A stretch of 64,000 bases of DNA from a bacterium. GTDB taxonomy: Bacteria > UBA8248 > JACPRG01 > G963555815. The stretch is from the NCBI GenBank assembly GCA_965261595.1, contig CBDHDG010000005.1, forward strand, positions 160,001 through 224,000, written 5' to 3'. Every line of letters begins with the position of its first letter. The first letter of the stretch is position 1. The position numbers and the translations under genes are program-made. The notes beneath the pieces are model-generated. The model saw only the letters and a program-made list of their open reading frames with translations, made no database searches and was not told the DNA's origin. This document shows, piece by piece, positions 58,019 through 64,000 of this stretch.

Positions 58019-58837
58019 TTGAATCCGGACAACCCACAACCCCTCGCGGCCCGGCGGATTGTCATCACCCGCGCCGCGAAACAGGCGGGCGAATTCGCGG
58101 ACCTGCTTCGCTCGTTCGGCGCGGAGGTGCTTGAGTTTCCGACCATCGCCTTCCGTCCGCCCGAGAGCTTCGAGGCGCTGGACGCGGCCCTCGGGCGGTT
58201 GGCCGGCTACGACTGGGTCATCTTCACGAGCGTCAACGGTGTGCGCGGGTTTTTCGACCGTCTCTCATTTCACGGCCGGGACGGCGGGGAGTTGTCGGGC
58301 CTGAAGGTCTGCGCCATCGGCCCGGCGACGGCGGAGGCGCTCCGCTCCCGGGGAGAGATCGTCGCGGACATGGTCCCGGAAAAGTTTCAGGCCGAGGGCA
58401 TCCTGGAGGCGTGGGCGGGCAGGGACCTGAGCGGCGTGCGGATTCTCCTGGCGCGGGCCGCGGTCGCCCGGGAGGTGTTGCCCGAGGCGCTGCGGAAGTC
58501 CGGCGCGCGGGTCGATGTGGTCACGGTGTACCGGACCGTGCCCGCCGAGGGCCCCCCCGGCGTGCGGCGGGAGATCATGGCGGGAGACATCGATGTCGTG
58601 ACCTTCACCAGCCCATCGACTGTGGAGAATTTCTGCGTCCTGTTCAGAGAGGAGGAACGCGCGAGGTTTCTCGATTTGTTTGTCACGGCCATTATCGGTC
58701 CCATCACGCGGGACCGGATCGAGGAATTGGGGTTGACGCCGGGCATCGAGGCGGACCCTTACACCGTCCCCGCCCTCGCCGAAGCCATTGTCCGGCACTT
58801 CGAAACGGTTTCCGGCCCGCCCGCGCCGCTCTGTTGA
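58019..58837 (+). CDS. hemD: Uroporphyrinogen-III synthase
   Basis: VITRA, FTSVNGV, AIGPATA, VYRT, FTSPST. Confidence 0.93.
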   Translation: MNPDNPQPLAARRIVITRAAKQAGEFADLLRSFGAEVLEFPTIAFRPPESFEALDAALGRLAGYDWVIFTSVNGVRGFFDRLSFHGRDGGELSGLKVCAIGPATAEALRSRGEIVADMVPEKFQAEGILEAWAGRDLSGVRILLARAAVAREVLPEALRKSGARVDVVTVYRTVPAEGPPGVRREIMAGDIDVVTFTSPSTVENFCVLFREEERARFLDLFVTAIIGPITRDRIEELGLTPGIEADPYTVPALAEAIVRHFETVSGPPAPLC

Positions 58838-59094
58838 ACATGGATCTCCGTCCGGATTGGACGAGTCGCTCCCATGGTCGATTTTTCGCCCTTGCAGGAA
58901 TATCCGATAGGCCGCTGAGAAGCGCTTGCTTCACTTTCAGTGCACGGCTGTTCGATGAAGCGCCGGTGCATGATGCAAGGAAGCCCCTGCCGGGCGCTCG
59001 TTGCGAGCTTGAGTGTCATTCGCCGGTCGAAGTATCATCGGCGGTCGAAGTTGTGAAGCGCTTTCCCGATGGAACGGCATCCAAAAGGCGTCGA

Positions 59095-59790
59095 ATGTTC
59101 ATCTATCTCATCCGTCACGGCGAGACCCCCTGGAACGCGGAGCAGCGCATCCTGGGGGCGACGGACATCGGGCTGACGGACAAGGGCCTGCTTCAGGCGG
59201 AGGCGCTGGCCGACGCCATGAGTGACCGGCCAATCCGGGCCGTCTATTCCAGCGACCTCAGCCGGGCGCTGCGGACGGCGGAAGCGCTCGCCCGGCCGCA
59301 TGCCCTTGAGATTCGCGCGCGCCCCGGTTTGCGGGAGATGAATCAGGGGTTCCTGGAGGGGTTGACGTTCGAGGAGCTCCGCGACCAACACCCCGATTTC
59401 CTGGAGTCCTGGAAACAGGATCCCAGCTCGATCGTTATTCCCGGCGGGGAATCCCTCGGGCAGCTTCAGGAAAGGGTTTGGAAGGCCGTCCAGGAGCTGG
59501 CGGAGGCCCATCCCGACGAAACCATCGCGGTGGTCAGCCACAACCTGGCCATCGTGGCGGCCCTGTGTCGGCTGCTCGACCTGCCGCTCAGACGGTTCCG
59601 TCAATTGCGCCAGGGATACACGGGCGTCAGCCTGCTGGAGTATGGAAGGCTGGGCTGGGCGGTTCATTACTTGAATGTCACGACTCACCTTCAGGGCGTA
59701 GAAGGATACCTGGAGCCGACGATTCGCGGCGCCAATGACTTTTACCGGGAGGGGGAGCCCCGGTGGTCTCCCGAGGGAGGCTCGGCATGA
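59095..59790 (+). CDS. Histidine phosphatase family protein
   Basis: LIRHGET, SSDLSRA, LRE, PGGES, VSH. Confidence 0.92.
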   Translation: MFIYLIRHGETPWNAEQRILGATDIGLTDKGLLQAEALADAMSDRPIRAVYSSDLSRALRTAEALARPHALEIRARPGLREMNQGFLEGLTFEELRDQHPDFLESWKQDPSSIVIPGGESLGQLQERVWKAVQELAEAHPDETIAVVSHNLAIVAALCRLLDLPLRRFRQLRQGYTGVSLLEYGRLGWAVHYLNVTTHLQGVEGYLEPTIRGANDFYREGEPRWSPEGGSA

Positions 59791-59815
59791 TTTCCGTCCC
59801 GGAAGGCGCCGCCGC

Positions 59816-60585
59816 ATGTCTATCCTGAGCGATTTCAGCCTCGAGGGCCGGAAGGCCGTCGTGACGGGGGCTGGCAGCGGCATCGGGCGGGCCATCGCCG
59901 TAGGGCTGGCCGAAGCCGGGGCCGACGTCGTCGCCGCGGGCCGCACCCGTGACGCCCTGGACGCGGTGGTCGGGGAAATCACGTCGCTGGGCCGAAAAGG
60001 ATTGGCCGCCACGGTCGACGTGTCGGACGAGGCGTCGGTCACCGACTTTCGCGACAACGTGGAAGAGGCCTTCGGTCCCGTTCAGATCCTCGTGAACAGC
60101 GCGGGGATTACTGTGCGCAAGCCCGTCTTGGAGCTCTCTTTGGCGGAGTGGGACGAGGTTATCCGCACCAATCTGACGGGATGTTTTCTGACGGCGCGGG
60201 CCTTCGGACCGACACTCATCAGGCAGGGATGGGGCCGGGTGATCAACCTCTCGTCGATCCGACTGTCCGTGACCTCCGCGGGGCTGGCCGCCTACGCCGC
60301 TTCGAAGGGGGCGATCGTTCCCTTGACGAAGACCCTGGCGCTGGAATGGGTGGAGCACGGCGTCACGGCCAACGCGATCGCGCCTGGATACGTGGACACG
60401 CCCCTGGTGGAATACGTCAAGGATCTGCCCAGGTCTACGCGGACACCCTGCGGCCGATTCCGATGGGCCGGTGGGGAGAACCGAGGGAGATCGCCCGCGT
60501 CGCTGTCTTCCTGGCCTCAGAGGCCTCCTCTTACATCACCGGCCAAGTGGTCGTCGTAGACGGCGGTCGGCTGGTGTGGTCATAG
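59816..60585 (+). pseudogene. SDR oxidoreductase, frameshift at ~60429
   Basis: TGAGSGIG, NSAG, YAASK, IAPG; the C-terminus IPMGRWGEP...YITGQVVVVDGG is in another frame (C run, possible artefact). Confidence 0.88.
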
Positions 60586-60838
60586 CCGCTCGGAGGGGGG
60601 GGAGGGGAGGAGGGGGAACGGCGGGATCAGGAATCCCTCCGCAACAATCCGCGGCGGGCCGACTTCCTGGGTTTCAAGCGGTTGCGGCGACGGAGAAGGA
60701 TCCGGCGGGGGGGAGGCCGCCGATTCTCCAGCTCTTGCGGTCGGTTCCGGTGCGTGGCAAGATGATGGAAAATTGTTATGCCGCATTTGCTGGCAACGGT
60801 TCGGGCGGTCGTGTCGTCGGCGGTTCCCTGAGAGAGCA

Positions 60839-62135
60839 ATGCAGGACGTTGGAAAAAGCCGGTCTCGAGAGCCTCGCTCGTTCTCGGGCTGGATCAAGAA
60901 TGTTGTCCTGTTGCTGCTCTCCGTGTCGCTGGTTCTGGCCGGGGCCGAGGTGTTCGTCTGATACCACGATCCCCAGATGCTCAGCTTTCCGCATTCCCGG
61001 AAAAATTTTGCGCCGCCTATCTTTCGCGCGAACGCCAAGAGGCTCTTCGAGCTTCGTTCGGGAACCGTTTATGACCATCAAAGCCCCTATGGCGATTTCA
61101 GGGTCACTGTCCGGGTCAACCGGGAGGGGTTTCGGAGCCCCGCGGTAGAGGCTCGAAAACCGCCCGGGGTGTTCCGCATATTCACCGTGGGGGATTCAAC
61201 CACATTCGGATTGGGCGTGGAAAACCACGAGACGTTTCCCGCCCGGTTGGAAGCCAAATTGAATGAGGGGGCGGGAGAAGGCCTCCGGTTCGAGGTGATT
61301 AACGGCGGTGTTCCCGGGTACAACCTGGCGCACTATTACCTGGTCCTCCGGGACATCGTGTTTCGCTATGACCCGGATCTGATCCTGATGGGAATTCTGC
61401 CGTGGAACGATTGGGACTTGGCGAAGAAGGATTGGGTGGACGCAAGAGATGGGCTGCCCGGCGGGCTGCGCCAGGCGTTGTATGTGGACGCCGATGGCCG
61501 CGTCCGATTGAAGGGCCGGAATGTTCTTCGGCCGGAATCCCTTCGGTTCAATGTGCTTCCCGCCGGCGTCAAGCGCTTTCTGAGGGCGAATTCGCACCTC
61601 TAACACTTTTTGGGCGAGCGCCTGTACAGGCTGGGCAAGAACCTGAATCTGGCCTCATGGGTCGGGTGGGCCGACGCGGCGGAGCTCACCGCGGACGGCC
61701 TGCGCAAGCTGGGGCTGAGCCCGGAGGCCATCCGGAAGAAGCTTGATGAGCAGGATCGGGAGAACTGGCGAAAGGGGATGGCGCTCTTCGAGGCCATCTT
61801 GCGGATGGCCCGCGAGAAAAATATCCCTTTGGCGGTTCTGCTGATCCCGCATCTGTATGAGTCGCATAGCACCATTTTGGCGCCCAAGCGCACCTATCTT
61901 GGGGGGAGGCAGCACCGGACTCCATCTGCGCAAATGGCTGAAAAAGCGGAAAGTCCTGACCCTGGAGTTGGTCCAAAAGCGGGACCCCTTTAACGAGAAG
62001 AAATTGTATCTGAGATACGATAAGCACTATAGTGCCTACGGCAACGAGTTGATCGCCCGTTTTCTCCACGCCTTTCTCTTGAAGAATCGACTGGTTCCCG
62101 CCAAGCGGGCGGCGGCGAAACCGGAACAGCTATAA
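60839..62135 (+). pseudogene. SGNH/GDSL hydrolase family protein with two in-frame stops (TGA 60959, TAA 61601) and a frameshift at ~61905
   Basis: TM + AEV, NREGFR, GDSTTFG, INGGVPGY, ND, DKHYSAYGN. Confidence 0.82.
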
Positions 62136-62146
62136 GAAAGGAATCG

Positions 62147-62402
62147 ATGATCCAGGCAATCGTGCGGTTCGGAAAACTCCTCTTCAAGGGCTGGATGGCC
62201 TTCGCCAACGTGTTGGCCTGGGGTCAACACCCGTATCCTCCTCATTTTGGTCTTCTTCGTGGTGATCACCCCCGTGGCGGTCGTGATGCGTCTGTTCGGC
62301 AAAGACCTGCTCTCCCGCCGTCTCGAACCCGGGGCCGAGACGTATTGGAAGCCGAAAGAGCAGTCTCCTATTGATCCGCAATCCTATCTGCGGCAGTTCT
62401 AG
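62147..62402 (+). pseudogene. SxtJ-family small membrane protein, frameshift in a G run at ~62221
   Basis: KGWMAFANVLAW continues as VNTRILLILVFFVVITP...KDLL...TYW...RQF. Confidence 0.75.
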
Positions 62403-62435
62403 CTGACACCGGAGGGCCAGTTCAGAGGGATATCG

Positions 62436-64000
62436 ATGGCCACGCACATCTTGGGAATTTCCTGCTTTTACCACGACGCCGCCGCCTGCCTCCTCCGGGA
62501 CGGCGAAGTGGTCGCCGCCGCCTCCGAGGAGCGTTTCACGCGCAAAAAGCATGACGCCGATTTCCCCATGAACGCCGTCCGGTACTGTCTGGAAGCGGGC
62601 GGGATTGAAATGGCCGACCTGGATCACGTCGGCTTTTACGACAAGCCGTTCACCAAGTTCGAGCGCATTCTCGAGACCTATCTCGCCGTCGCCCCCCGGG
62701 GCATCCAGTCCTGGGTCATGGCCATCCCCCTTTGGCTGAAAGAGAAGATCTTCATGCGCAAGACCATCGAGAAGAAGCTGGACGGCTATGAAGGGGACAT
62801 CCTGTTCTCCGAGCATCACGAATCCCACGCCGCCAGCGCCTTCTACTGCTCCCCCTTCGAGGAGGCGGCCATCCTGACGCTGGACGGCGTCGGCGAATGG
62901 GCAACGGCCGCCAAAGGTTTCGGCCGGGGGGAGGAGATCACCCTGACCCACGAGATCCATTTCCCCCATTCCCTGGGGCTTCTCTATACGGCGTTCACCT
63001 ATTATCTGGGTTTCAAGGTGAACAGCGGCGAATACAAGGTCATGGGTCTCGCGCCTTATGGGAAGCCCGAGTATTTCGACCTCATCATGGACCGCCTGAT
63101 CGATGTGAAGGCGGACGGCAGCTTCAAGCTGAACATGGATTACTTCGCCTACACCCACAAGCTTACGATGATCAACAAGAAGTTCAACGACCTGTTCGGG
63201 GCGCCCCCGCGGACGCCCGAGACCTGGCTCAACGAGCGGGAGTTCGACATCGCCGCGTCCATCCAGAAGGTGACCGAGGAGGTGGTCCTGCGGCTCTGCC
63301 GGAGCCTCCACGCGGAGACCGGCCTCGACAACCTCTGTCTGGCCGGGGGGGTGGCGCTCAACTGTGTGGCCAACGGGAAGATCATCAAACAGACGCCTTT
63401 CAAAGACATCTACGTCCAGCCCGCCGCGGGAGACGCCGGCGGCGCGCTCGGCGTCGCCCAGTTGATCTGGCACCGCTACCTGGGCCGGGAGCGAAAACAC
63501 CCGCTGCCGGACGCCTATCTGGGCCCGGAATACTCGAACGAGGAGATCAAGGCCTTCCTCGCGGAGAAAGGCGTGCCATATCGTGAGCTGGACCCGGAAA
63601 CGCTGGTAAGCGACGTCGCCCGGCTCATCGACGAGAAGAACATGATCGGCTGGTTTCAGGGCCGGATGGAGTTCGGCCCGCGCGCCCTGGGCGGCCGGAG
63701 CATCCTCGGCGACGCCCGCGACCCCGAGATGCGCAACATCGTCAATCGGCGGATCAAGTTTCGGGAGGGCTTCCGGCCTTTCGCCCCGACGGTCACGCTG
63801 GAAGGCTGTTCGGAGTGGTTCGAGCTGGACCAGCCGAGTCCCTATATGCTCCTGGTGGCCGACGTCCGGGAGGGCAAGCGCGTCATCCCTTCGGTGACCC
63901 ACGTGGACAACTCCGCCCGGATCCAGACCATCTCTGAAGCGGAGAACCCCCTCTACCACCGTCTCCTCAAGGCCTTCGAGGCCAGGACGGGTGTGCCTGT
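62436..64000 (+). CDS. O-carbamoyltransferase (NodU/CmcH family), 3' end outside the window
   Basis: GISCFYHDAAA, EERFTRKKH, EHHESHAAS, GEYKVMGLAPYG, GGVALNC, GDAGG, EFGPRALG, RPFAP. Absent from the ORF track because it has no stop in the window. Confidence 0.95.
   Translation, partial: MATHILGISCFYHDAAACLLRDGEVVAAASEERFTRKKHDADFPMNAVRYCLEAGGIEMADLDHVGFYDKPFTKFERILETYLAVAPRGIQSWVMAIPLWLKEKIFMRKTIEKKLDGYEGDILFSEHHESHAASAFYCSPFEEAAILTLDGVGEWATAAKGFGRGEEITLTHEIHFPHSLGLLYTAFTYYLGFKVNSGEYKVMGLAPYGKPEYFDLIMDRLIDVKADGSFKLNMDYFAYTHKLTMINKKFNDLFGAPPRTPETWLNEREFDIAASIQKVTEEVVLRLCRSLHAETGLDNLCLAGGVALNCVANGKIIKQTPFKDIYVQPAAGDAGGALGVAQLIWHRYLGRERKHPLPDAYLGPEYSNEEIKAFLAEKGVPYRELDPETLVSDVARLIDEKNMIGWFQGRMEFGPRALGGRSILGDARDPEMRNIVNRRIKFREGFRPFAPTVTLEGCSEWFELDQPSPYMLLVADVREGKRVIPSVTHVDNSARIQTISEAENPLYHRLLKAFEARTGVP

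Noticed and set aside
60959..60961. Second selenocysteine candidate (in-frame TGA in the SGNH gene)
   Set aside because: Not a Cys or redox position (Arg fits the context), and the gene has further lesions.
62147..64000. Saxitoxin biosynthesis
   Set aside because: Only the widely distributed SxtJ-like and carbamoyltransferase genes are present; no core sxt genes in the window.
1..64000. CRISPR array, rRNA, tRNA
   Set aside because: None recognised by eye; the only long repeats are IS copies. A tRNAscan or Infernal run would be needed to exclude small RNAs.

Overview
GC-rich bacterial chromosomal window; the lineage cannot be fixed from sequence alone. The first ~17 kb is an insertion-sequence graveyard. 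It holds nested IS3- and IS1380-family elements with readable target-site duplications, two IS256 copies that both carry the same in-frame amber codon, an IS1-family remnant and a tandem pair of arm-domain tyrosine integrases. A DNA methyltransferase/endonuclease gene and an ABC substrate-binding protein gene are both IS-disrupted. The remaining ~47 kb is mostly core or metabolic: mlaE-mlaD-TolC-mlaC, an archaeal-type CTP-dependent riboflavin kinase, cheY/cheX, gcvT, rhodanese, a lone Mo-hydroxylase large subunit with a LigB/LigA dioxygenase, rlmD, MEMO1, an OmpR/histidine kinase/degP module, an IspH-UbiA fusion, citE, pyrD/pyrK, ccsA-hemA-hemC-hemD, and an SGNH/SxtJ/carbamoyltransferase cluster that runs off the end. 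The best hidden signal is a membrane-anchored peroxiredoxin-like selenoprotein (in-frame UGA, UxxC motif, SECIS-like hairpin) that the ORF track splits in two; a cysteine-free SxxS paralogue lies 17 kb away. Several single-base frameshifts fall in homopolymers and may be sequencing artefacts. All family calls come from motif recognition, not database searches.
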